A program made the position numbers and the translations under genes. A stretch of 64,000 nucleotides of DNA, from the NCBI GenBank assembly GCA_004022145.1, contig RCNU01000005.1; one strand, given 5' to 3'. Under the pieces are notes generated by a model, which made no database searches, was not told the origin of the DNA, and was given only the letters and a program-made list of their open reading frames with translations. Below are positions 35,693 to 47,489 of this stretch, one piece after another (the stretch's first letter is position 1; each line of letters begins with the position of its first letter). Origin of the DNA: Paecilomyces variotii (lineage: Eukaryota).

Positions 35693-38600
35693 TAGAAAGC
35701 TAGAGGCTCGTCTCTGATAGGATCCTCTTCGACCCCTAATGTACAATATGACAATATCAAGGATACTTTATCGTTCTTCGATGATCCAGTAGAGGTCTTC
35801 TCGAGTCACTCTCGGGTCACTCATACTCATCAGTACGACTGGCAGGAACCAGGGATGAAGTCCAATGGTCCGATCCATAATCGGCTCCATGACCAAAACC
35901 ATATTTTCCAACCCGCAATCTTCTTTGCATCTGGCATGAATGCATGTACTTTGAATGCCGGATTCACTCGGATAGCGGAGATCAAACCCCATTTTATAAT
36001 AGCTTTAGATCCCTTGCTGAGACTCTCAAGCAAGCAAGGGAATGTTAAATGGGCACATCTGTCAATCTCACATGTATATATGCACGGTTGGTCTTCCAGC
36101 TGAGAGCTTCTATGGAACTATGGGAATCTACCGACTTCTCTGTGCCCTCCTCTTTTTGAGTGCGACTTTGCAGGAGCACGGAGAAGAATCTCGGGAATCG
36201 AGGACATCCACCTCTCTATCACGCTCTAATCAAGCAATTGCTTTTAGTGGTCCTAAATGAAGGCCGGGCAACGAGGCTTTCTGAGCTAAAACGCATGTTT
36301 GCAACCCACGAGATCACGATTGGAGAAATGCAGACAAGCCGTAAAAGCCTAGTCTACATGAGATTTCTAGGTAGCACGGTTGATAAATGAAGGCTAGAGG
36401 GTTTTGTCGGCGCACAAAGGACACGTGAATAGCGACCTCTCATATTATTGTCGAATCCTAAAATGGCATACAAACAAACAGCATATTGGACTTCTAGCAG
36501 AATAGCTAGTTGCTTGCTTGACTCAGGATCTAGATCTTTCGTGTAATTACAAATATGGAGTCGACCTCTCCCCATTAGATATAGAGTCAAGCAAACAATT
36601 AACTGTTCTACAAGATGGCTCAACATAGATGTTTGCTTCTATGCCGTTGAGGAGTTGACACCCGTCCAATGATCTGGATAATATATATGTCCATCCAATG
36701 TATAACTTGATGCAAGCAGTGTCCTTTGAAAAACCAAATCACCTAGCAAAAAGTGCCAAGCACATATCTCTACGAGTCACCCCATATCAGATCATGTTAT
36801 TATTAGTATCTTCGATCCTCTCACGCATGCTGTTTCACTAGAAACAGTCTCGACCGCGTTCCATTCGATATGACCAGACCCCGCTTGACTTGCCGGAACT
36901 ATGGTACAAGTCCCACCCATTATTAGATGAGATCCAGTCCTCACTACGGAGTACTCCCAGTCTCAGTCTCTCAGAGGACAAGATAAGAAGCGAAAATAAA
37001 TGTTATGTTGCAGGCAGTCCCGATCGTGGCTTGTTTCATCAACGAGGCTTATCTGTTGCTTCTGCTTCGTTGGTGTCGTTTTAGGAGAGATGGTTGTCTA
37101 AGGACTGGCGTAGAATATAGCGTAGTACCAAGGGCTGTCTGTCGTGGTCTTAGTTACGGTGGATGACCTTACTGAATAGTTTATTGAATAGCTAGCTTCT
37201 TGAACAGTAGATGGTGGAAAGGATACGGGAAGCTCTGGTTGATTGCGGTTAATAGAGCTGACGCGTCCACCTGGGTCTATATAATGAACCTGTATGGTAT
37301 AGTACTGTAGACAGACAGGTATGGTCATGATGAGTGTGATCCTCAAGGTCTTAAAAGCGGGGTTCAGAAGTAATATTCCTCGGGAATTAACTGCGTCTCA
37401 TAAGAACGAAGTTGGGAAGTCTGGAAACTTTATGGTATGCCGTCGGCCCAGGATAGAAGTCTCGTTCCATTCCCCATGTGTAAATTCTCACTTACCTATG
37501 CAGACCCAGACGGGACGGAAAGAATCACGGTTCAGAGGTGGGTCGTGGAAGCGGGGAAATGGATTAATTTACTCCATACCATATGTTTTTTTTTTTATTA
37601 TCATGCAGGCGTATTCTCGAAGTTGCTGCCAAGACTTGTCGGACGAGGTAACTAGTCGTAGAATGTTGGTCTTCAATGATCAGTAGAGTACTAGTTCGCG
37701 TTGAGTAAACGGTAATATATGGCGCAATTGACATGTCTCGTGATGGGTGACGGTGCAATGCTCTGACTTTAGAGTAAATTATTGCAGTATATTAGGTCAC
37801 AAGTGATGCTAATTGGATGATGGCTCTGAACGACACTAATCCAGTTGCCTGCTCCCCTTACGCATTGGATAACTAGTCGCATTGACACACGTACGCGGCA
37901 AGGATACATTAGTTAGTAGGTGTAGCTGTTGTTAGTCGTTCTGGTATACGGAGTAGTCAGGCGGATGGGAAAGTCCTGCCGGATCTTTGCCATGTCACTT
38001 CTTTTCTTGTCGGTGTAGAATAGATACTACCGTGTCATGGTAATTTCCGTGGAGGACGAGGCCAGCGAAGTTCCTGACCCAGAGCCCAGGAAGGGGGGAA
38101 TGCCCAGTGGCTGCTTGGAACAATGTGTTTCGCCACAGAGACTCTCGAATCTGGCCGTGTCTAGGTGTTTCGTTGGGTGGAAGATTGATGATCCATTCTA
38201 AGCTTTCTATTTTTGTCTCTCTGCCGGCTTAGCTCCATCTTTTCTCAGAGTAACTTACCATACGGTAATCAGCTATCTAGGTATGCCCAAATAACACAAC
38301 AGAAATGACTCTGGTCCTTGCCTTCGAAGTCAGAACAGTACTTTACTCACCTCGGACAAGGCACTGGCCTTGGCTTTCTCGACCCTTGCCATACTTAGTA
38401 TTTTTTTGTTAGTTTGATCGGATAGTTCCCGCGTCGAAACCTCAAGCAGTGGGAAATGCTGGCGGCCCAGTGGGCACAAGTAAGGTAACACCAATGACAG
38501 GTGGATTATTAGGCCCGACAGTAATGTCCATAGCAAACACTTGTATACGTAGATCTTCAGTAGAAATCCCGAAGTAGGGTCTCTGGTCACCTCATAGGAG

Positions 38601-39622
38601 CCGTATACCATGCAACGCTATTCGGAGATCCCGCAGGGTTATGGTATAGTCTTACTGTCTTAAGAGTATCGTTTAAGACATTCATATTCAACTATATCCA
38701 AGTCCCTGGCAGCCACGATGGACGGTCTGGCAAATTCCCCTGTTGTTGTTTTTGATGTTCCCGTAGGAGTCTGAACATGGTACGATCTTCCTGACGTGGC
38801 GTAGTGATCCACGGTACCGCTACTATTCTCGCACAATGTTGTTGCCCGTCGTCGCCATGTACTTGTGGATCCCAACCCAACTGGCTATGTATTATTATTG
38901 TCCTAGGGGTGAGGTGATGGAGTGCGCGATTCGGTTATATTCTAGCGTCAGCAGGACGGGCCGCGCGCCTTGTGACAGGGACTTGCCGCGAAGAGCAATG
39001 GACTTCCAGGAAAGACCAGGTTTGAGCTGAACGCGCGGCGATGCTTTGAAGCTATGGGCAGAGCACAGGCCCGATGGCGACAAAATCTCGGTAACATGAG
39101 TTTAAAAGGCCGTTGGTTTAGGTAGTTCTGCAAAGCGAGGCTTGTGCGCTTACGCAGTTGGCAGGCCGCCACTTCGAGGTGGAGATGGACGGTAGACGAA
39201 TCGTGGGGAGGCCCAGTTGGGGATTGTTTAGTCCATCGATCTTGGCGACATGGGCTGATCGAGAAGATGAGCGAATCTACACATCCAGCCAGAGACAGGA
39301 AACTGAAAATAGCCAGAGACGCGGGCCGCATGGAGTGGCCCAGCTAGGTAAGCTGCGGATGGAGCTTTCTGGCACATGGAGGATGAAAGAGCTGGCGCAA
39401 TCTATTTAATCTCTCCTCCCAGGCCACGTCTTACTGACCTCTTCGTTTCCCTAGACAACCATTGCGTTATTTATTCAAGCAAGAGTTCATCCTTTTGACT
39501 CTTAAACGCTCGTTTCTCTGTCGGAATCGTCTATTTAGATCGATACTCCTGTCGCTACCGGTTGTTATACAAAGCCTGATCCATAATCTTTGAGCGATCT
39601 ATAAACATCAATATCCATCAAG

Positions 39623-40158
39623 ATGCGCGCCGCTATCCTCGCTGCTGCTCTCTCTTCTGTCGCCCTTGCCTGGGATACCTCCTCCAGCGCGTCCTCGCAG
39701 GCTGTTGCCAGTGTGGTATGTCTTTGGTGTACTTCAAATTAACAGTATCATCTTATACTGACGGACATTTGCAGAGCAACCCTGCCGTGCCCTACCTGAC
39801 CCAGACCAACTCTCTGGGTGTCGTGACCGGACAGCCGACTCCTATCCGCTCCCAGAGTCCCGCTGCTTCAATCCCGGCCGGTCTCTCGAGCGTCCCTGTG
39901 GTCCCCGGCGCCTCGAGCATTGTCCCCAAGCCTCTGGGTACTGGTAGCTCTGGTAGCAAGAGCAACTCTACCAGAACCAGCACCACCCTGAGCACCTCTG
40001 CTGGCGTGACTCGCACCGCCAGCGGATCGGGCAGCACCGGCACCAGCTCTGGTTCTAGCAGCTCTGCCGCTTCCACCAACGGTGCCATCATGGCCACTGC
40101 TGCTCCCGCCGGTCTGGGTCTGGGTCTTGCTGGTGCTGTCTTTGCTGCCTTCCTGTAA
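39623..40158 (+). CDS. Small Ser/Thr/Gly-rich putative GPI-anchored cell-surface protein
   Basis: Signal peptide MRAAILAAALSSVALA, intron 39716-39774, LTQTNSLGVVTGQP block, S/T-rich stalk, omega-like NGA and hydrophobic tail. Strong codon bias. About 3.9 kb of noncoding DNA upstream. Confidence 0.85.
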
Positions 40159-41279
40159 ACATGGAATGGCTAAGAGATAACCGACCTCTTTCATGGACAT
40201 TTTAAACAAACACCCGCGGTCCCCTACGTCCGGGAACCTCCTAATGATTCATAACGCGCGGCACTCTCTCGCCTTCGGTTTGGTCTGCCAAATGAATTAA
40301 CGAAGGGAATATCTGGTATAATTGGGGCTTTCGATTCTTTTTTAATGGAGATACCACAGGAGTTCCTTGGCCCTCCTAACGCATCATCTCCATATTATTT
40401 TATCATAAAGTGCATAATCTTGGGCGTACAAAACACAATTGCACACGATTTTTAATCAATGTATCTAACTACTTATTTTTAGTTATCTGGAGTTTGCTAG
40501 CTTACTCAGATAATGATAATCGCTAACGTCTCTTCAATAACATAACCGTAATATAGTCCTGTTAGACATGATGCCTGATATGTAAGTTCTTCTGAATATA
40601 CCGCAAGAATAGACCGGCAAAACAGCTATGACCATCACCGTGCACTTGCTTTGGAGTAGTCGTGTACTGCTGCTAATCCAACGGCCCATATGAGGTTTAG
40701 TGCGCGGGGAATGATGCAAGGTTAGACACCATTATTGAGGTCAGTTCTTGGGTGATCAGCATGCAGGCAATTAAGTACGCCGTTGAGGAACTAGCAATGC
40801 ATGCGCAACTTCAAAATTCGAAGCAGGATGCATAGTTAATTGCAAGTTAGCTATTTAGTAAACGGGTCTTATGCAACATGGTAATGAGCTGCTTCTATTA
40901 CTGTATTTGTGTCGTGGATCTTGGGTTGTTTTTCCTTCGTTCTCAGAAATTATGGATGTATCTACATAGTGGTAGCCCACACAGTAAGGTCAAAGAATAT
41001 CCTGTAAGACACGGAGAACGAAGGACGGATTCAATTAACATACTGTTAAATAGATCAATTGCCTAATTTAACGAAAATAACCCTACCAATTAATTGAACC
41101 CGGCAGGTCGTTATCCGGTTCCTGATCCGAACGTTAACAATGGGCGTGAGCTTTATCAGTGACGTCACATGCACTTCAAATGAAGCGCATGAGCTTTATC
41201 TATCGAAATACTAGCTATCAGCTCAAGTACATTCAGAATTATCATCAATGTCAATGGACTTATCATCATAGATTCGTCC

Positions 41280-42190
41280 ATGATGCCTCCTGCTAAACGC
41301 ATTAGACGGACCAAGGCCGCTGCGTCGACTCCGACGCCTCCACCAGCTCCTGTGTCTGCATCTGCGTCCCCTGAAAACAACGACGAAGCGAACGAAGAAA
41401 TTGTCAGCAATGCAAGTAGCGCACCGACATTCGACAGCACAGAGCCCGTTGACCCGGCCCTCATCGATGAAGAGGAAGTCCCTGACGCAGAGGAAAATGA
41501 GGACGTGAAATCAACAAAGGCTGTTTCTGGGGACAAACAGAGGCGGGCTTACGGAGGCGGTTATAATGCGCTCAAGACTTTCAACGGTCAAGTATACTCA
41601 GGCATGGCTATCGGCGGGTCGCATACATGGAACTACGATCAGGGTGTTTGGAAGGAGACCAAAGAGGAGCCGGACTTGTGGAAGATTGACTACAAGACTA
41701 CCAAGAGAAGAGCGAGAAATGCTCCTAAGGGCAGTGGTGCACCGGTAGGCACTGCGTATCATTGGTATATTGTTGCGCATCAGGTGAGATTGTTATATCT
41801 TACTTTTTTCTACTTTTGTATGGAAGAGTGGACGAGCTCGCTAACTGCTTTGCTCGTACGTAGTATGTCGAAAAGATCGACGCCAATACCTACGAGACGC
41901 ATCTCACTGGATCGAAGTACAAGCTCGCACATAAAAATGCATCTTCCAATTCGTGGTCAATCCCTACTGTGAAAGGGCAGCGTGAGCGAGAGATTGAGCT
42001 TCTTCAGGATGCGCAACGACGTGTCCAGGGCCTGCCACCGGTTCTGGCTGGAGAGAAAGTAAAAGTCGCAAAGGAGGAGAAGGGCCAGCAGAAACTGGAT
42101 TCTCTATTCGCGAAAGCCGGAAAGAGTAAGAATTCCGCACCGCCGGATGACAAGAAGAGAAAACGGGAGCAGGAAGTTGAAGCAGAGTGA
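41280..42190 (+). CDS. Hypothetical protein with a conserved-looking Trp/Tyr/His-rich beta domain
   Basis: Exons 41280-41783 and 41864-42190 in frame. Acidic disordered N-terminus with PPAKRIRR, core YSGMAIGGSHTWNYDQGVWKETK..GSGAPVGTAYHWYIVAHQYVEKIDANTYET..KYKLAHK, C-terminal KKRKRE. Confidence 0.8.
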
Positions 42191-42730
42191 ATGGCGTCAT
42201 CCTGCGAAAAAAGATGTACTAATATCGATGAAGGCGGGCCTGCTGTTACGAGATGGTGTCTAAGCTATTCAACTGGAGTTATGCTGTGTAAGTATCGAGT
42301 CGTCCACAAAAGACAAGCGGACATAATTGCGCTCATCGGGAACCGCCTACTATATGTCTATATCGAATAACTCAATGTCCTATGCATAGTTACTATGTAC
42401 TCGATGCCTACCTAGATTTGCAATACTACTGAATATGCATCACCCGAGGTTATAACCAACCATTCATTGCGTGACTTTGACAACACATAGCTTACAATGT
42501 CATCCGCCACTATTCAATTAAGAGCTACACTGGAAACAGAAGGATTCGAGAGCTTCCAGCGCTGTCCGGCTCTACTAACAGGTGACGTCATCCGGGCCTT
42601 CGCTCCGGACAACCACCCTGCCAGTTTCTCTGCAACTACATATCTTTCTTTCTTTTATAAACCTCAGTTCCCATACCTTACCGTGTCAGCGAGCACTGCC
42701 AAAGAAAGGGAAGAAAAAGAATCCACAGAA

Positions 42731-43370
42731 ATGTCATCCGAGACCTTTGCTTTCAACCGTCGCCGTGCGCGCGACGAGCTCAATGCTCTGGCAGAAGAAC
42801 ACTTTAAACATGACCTCCAGCCTGCCGATCGGGACAAGCTCCAATTGTCTGCTCAGAAGATTGGCGTTCACACGACGCTGGGTTCGTTGATCGGTATTGG
42901 TCTCAGTACCTACTTTGCATTCCGTCTCAGGAAGGGCCGGCTGCAGTTGTTCGAGGCGCTCAAGACCAAGGAGAAGCCTACTGCAGTGCAGTTTGCTGAC
43001 GGAAGAACTGGTGCGTTCCGTCCTTGCCGATTGAGCGTCTTAGAGGTCCCATGTTTGAAAGTATATATATGTGTATATATGCTGACTTGACTGCAATTGA
43101 ATAGAACCTCTTCCCGACCTGACACCCATGTTCCAGCCCTCAGCCGCTGGTGACTTTGCTACTTTTTTCCTCTTTGGCGCAGGAGGTCTGTTCCTCGGTG
43201 GGGAGACCGGATTCTTGACGGGTACGTACTCGGCCGGCCGAACCTTGTCAAAGGATGCGGAGTCGAGGGCCCGCATCGAGAACGCATTTCGCAAGTTCAG
43301 AGCCGATGTGCTCCGGAGAGAAGCAGACCAATTAGACGGTGGTCAGAGCGCTTTGGAAAAGTTGTTCTAG
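42731..43370 (+). CDS. Small membrane protein of unknown function (two hydrophobic segments)
   Basis: ATG 42731 and intron ~43012-43104. GSLIGIGLSTYFAF and FLFGAGGLFLGGETG segments, then RIENAFRKFRADVLRREAD. Confidence 0.75.
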
Positions 43371-44467
43371 TCCGACATGAGTTCTGGAAACGATTGGAAT
43401 GTTTCTTATGCCAATCGAAATCTTTTGTGACGTTCAAGGAGCAAAGGTGGAAATTTGCATGCAGAGTTACTCCAAGTTGGATGATGAATAAATAAAAATA
43501 TACACTCAATTGTGAGCTAGTTGTTAACATGGCTCCATATTCAGCAACATCTAGGCGCCCAATAAATGATTTGGCTAGCATCAAGTGGAAACAGCCACAT
43601 AGAACAGCAGATCCTTGTAAATACCATAGCGTTATATTCCATAACACACTTTACTGCCCACCGTGGGTTATCCAGACCCTGGCTCGGTTTTGAGTATTTA
43701 GAAAGATGTGGATATGGAATCCAACCGGCTGTCCCACAATGTGGTGACCAGAGCAGCTATCTTAAATGAGAATTCTCTACAAAGCGCTTTCCAATCATTC
43801 GTACACCTCATCCCAAATTGGCACGCAGAGAAATCGACGCGTATACTGAGAGGAGTCTCCCATGTGGGCATAGGTAAGAGGTTTGAGTAGATCTCTATGC
43901 GTCGGGCAGGAGTAGCTAAGCTTCATGTGCTGGTCTTCAGTTTGCAGGACAGTGGCCAGTAAGATCAAATCCCCTATCGCTAATACCAGACTATCTCTAT
44001 TGTCTTTGAACCGTCCATGCGCGGCATACCAATAGTCTCGTCTGATGTTTAACTAATAAATAATGGCGGGGCAGAGACGCGTTCACGACGCGGTTATCAC
44101 CTGATCTGCCCGCTGGCACGCGTTGTTGATATAACCTGTTCGGGACTAGTTTTGTCCCAGCCTGAGGCAATCATGTCAACCACCAAAACAACACCAGCCC
44201 CGGCAACCCTCCAGCAGCAGCATTATTTGCGACTCTACCGGCCGCATTTTTCTTTCAACATCCCACAACGCTGACTTTTCTTGCTCACTCAATTCACGTT
44301 CTCTTTACTTTCTTTTCTTCTATTTTCTTGGTGTTTGGAACAAGTTTCTTGACCCAACGGGAGTGATTAGGGTGACCTGATCTTGCGTCATTACCGTTCA
44401 TAGAACATACTATACTTCATTCTTTTGAGGCTAAGTCCGGCTGCGCGCACAGCAGAACCTCACCACG

Positions 44468-46047
44468 ATGGTATGTAATACCACTTACTGGATAGTCGCG
44501 ATTCAGTTCACTTGAGGCGCAATCAAGATTACTGCCCTCCCGGTTTTTCGCTTCTGGGAATATCCCAAGCGACGCCTTTCTGAGCGCTTAGCTGACTTTC
44601 CCTTTTCTAGGTCTCCGGCTTTCGACGGCTTGCCGCCGATCACGCTGCCCTTCACAACCAGGATCTGCCCCCGAATTACCTCTTCCTACCGAAAACTGCG
44701 CTGTCATCGTCGTCTGATGACTTGACTCAGCTCACCATCCTGCTGGCTGGACCCCAAGGCACTCCTTACTCTCAAGGTCTATGGCGGCTTCACCTGAAGG
44801 TGCCGGAGGACTACCCGAAAAGTCCACCAAAGGCATCTTTCAAGACCCGCATATGGCATCCGAATGTCGATGAAGCGACAGGATCTGTTTGTGTTGATAC
44901 GCTCAAGAGAGATTGGAAACCCACCTTGACGCTGAGAGATGTCTTGGTTGTAAGTGGACCTTTATATATATATTCCGTTCCCTCTCCGTGCGATATTAGT
45001 TCACAAGAAGCAAATCGAAGACTAATGAGAATTCGGTTTGACTAGACAATCTCATGCCTTCTCATCTACCCCAACCCCGACTCTGCGCTGAACTCGGCGG
45101 CTGGCGCTCTGTTGCAAGAAGACTATGAGACCTTCTCCCGCCAGGCAAAACTCATGACCTCGATCCATGCCCCCGTGCCAGCTGACATGAAGGAGGCTGT
45201 GCTTGAGGCGAAACGAAGGGGAGAAGATGCAGGCACGACTATTCGCGAGGACGATGAACCTCGACCAACCGGACTGCGAAAAGCGTCTACCACGCATAAA
45301 GTTATTATGAAAAAGAAACCGGCAAAGGACGGGCACGGAAGCATCCAACCAGTGGAACCAGTGAGACCCCAAGTTGGCAGAAGTGCTGTAGATGAAACGA
45401 GTGCTGGAGAGCAGGATGTGAACATGGATATGTCTGAAGACGAGGATGTCGATCCAGCAAGCGCTTCGAAAGAGAATGATCCGTCTCTATCGCCCTCGCC
45501 AGTGGCCATTGTTCCACCGAGCCCTAGGAAGAGCGTTCAGGGGAAGAGGCCTCTTTCTGTCCTAGCGACATCAACAGACCCAGACATGGTCATGGTCGAC
45601 GCGGACGATGATGAATTCGACGGGATGACTGCCTCAGAGAAGAACATTGCTGCGAACGTACCTATCGAGGGCGGCCAATACCATCTGTTACCGAGAAAGG
45701 CATCAAAGTTAGGCGAGTTAAGCAGAGGAGCCAACGCACAGGAAGCCACAGACTTTACTGCTTCGGCCAGACAACAAGTCTACGACGATCTCAACGAGTC
45801 ACTCCGCATCCCACGCCGCAACAGTGGCGAAGGCAAAGAGAACTATGGATTGAGCGCAGGTTCGAAGGAGAAAAGCACATCGATGAAAAGGGCTTTGACG
45901 GGACCCGCGAGTCCTACCTCTTCAACACTACCACCGACTTCCACATTGCTCCATCCTTCAAAAGTCTCCAAACCCGCTTCTGGCATTCGCAAAGTGTCTG
46001 CAGCTGCTGGAAAGGCCAAACCCAGAGTGGGTGTCCGCAGACTATGA
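44468..46047 (+). CDS. Ubiquitin-conjugating enzyme E2, UBE2S-like, with long disordered C-terminal tail
   Basis: ATG-only first coding exon 44468-44470, then exons 44611-44949 and 45046-46047. [28 protein letters not shown] (catalytic Cys), [18 protein letters not shown]-terminal KPRVGVRRL. Confidence 0.85.
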
Positions 46048-47489
46048 GCATCATAATATCATATCTGTGTCGCATCCTTGCTTCGGTAACAACAACATCA
46101 TAAAGCACGCATGAGACCGATCATATGTGCATACCGATCGGGGCTACTGCACGGTGCATTGGAGTTTTGCTTCTCCCCCCCCGATTGCAGCATTGCACTA
46201 TCACCACGGCGTTTGGTTTTTGATTTTTTTTTTTATTTCCAGGTGTTGGCAGAACGGGACGGAACAGGACGGCAGGTCAGGTCAGGATAAGGATGGGATG
46301 GGTTGGGACTGGAGAGGTAATGGACACAGTACAGATACCTCATTGCATACACCACGACGATCTTATTTTTTTCCTTTCTCCTTTCTCTTCTTCCCTCTTG
46401 GAACAGAGGATCAACCATCATTATTGTATCAATGACCGGCACGACGTTACGAAATTCTTATCATTCTCTGAATGTTTCTTCTCTCTCTCTCTGTTGATCT
46501 TTAGACAGTAGGTCCTGAGCCACTTGTCCATAAGCTTCGCTCATCATTCGTAGTTTTAGTACGTAATACCGGACTCAATAGGCAGTGTGCATGAGATAAA
46601 GCCCCTGGGGGGGAAAAAAAGCAGGTCTACTATATTCTACCACAAAGCACTCGACGCTTTACAGTAATAGTACATGACAATACAGGGCAGCGGCTGTCTG
46701 TAGTTACCGGAAGGCGATTGCCTGACAAGACTCCATGCTGGCGGTAGTGAGATACGGGGGTAGTAATGCTCTTCAGTTTCATTTGTTATTCTATATCAGT
46801 CTCGTCGCATTGGACGGACATCACTACCAAGAATCATGCCAATTGGGGGTGGTTGAGACAAAGTGAAACTGATGACTAGAACCCTAGTCATACGCCAGAA
46901 CCGTTGTAAGAGATGCAGATATCTAAACTGCCACGGGGTTGTTATCGATTGGGATAAGAAAAAGCAATCTTTCATCGACCAGTGTCCATCACACGCCACC
47001 ACTGACGTCGCTCTCCGGCCATCTCACTTGTTTTACCCTCTTTTCGAGTGCTCCACGGATGTTTCTCTCACGTCCGGCCTGTTTCCCTTTCCACACGAAG
47101 CAGCAGTTCAATGCTCCCAAATACTTTTTGTCATCAAGTACGAAATTGTGAACAGATGGAGGATTAACAAGTAGCCGGCCTTCCGGGTCGTGTAATCAGC
47201 CCGTCGAGACCAGAAGTATGTAAGGATACACAAACCCATATCACGGGAAATAATTGAGAGGCTAAAGCAAAAAAGGGCTAAACTATTTAAAAGCAATGTA
47301 GTCACAGAGAAGAGAGAGTTATGACCCAGGGCGATCACATGTATTAGAGTATCAAATAATAGTGTGCCCGATCCAGTCAAACCTCAATCGTACTGATGAG
47401 ACTAGACCAACAGCGGTCCAGCATGCAAGTCGGCCAAGAGACTCGAGGTATTGCGTCATTGAGCACGGAAATCCTTGGATGCTCCGATT

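Noticed and set aside
35700..39600. Many 60-130 aa ORFs in the gap before the GPI-protein gene
   Set aside because: No codon bias, motifs or coherent exon chain. More likely a long regulatory region.
47391..47475. CTGATGA resembling a hammerhead ribozyme core, antisense to the SSD1 3' region
   Set aside because: No stem II closing onto GAAA and no consistent stems I and III.
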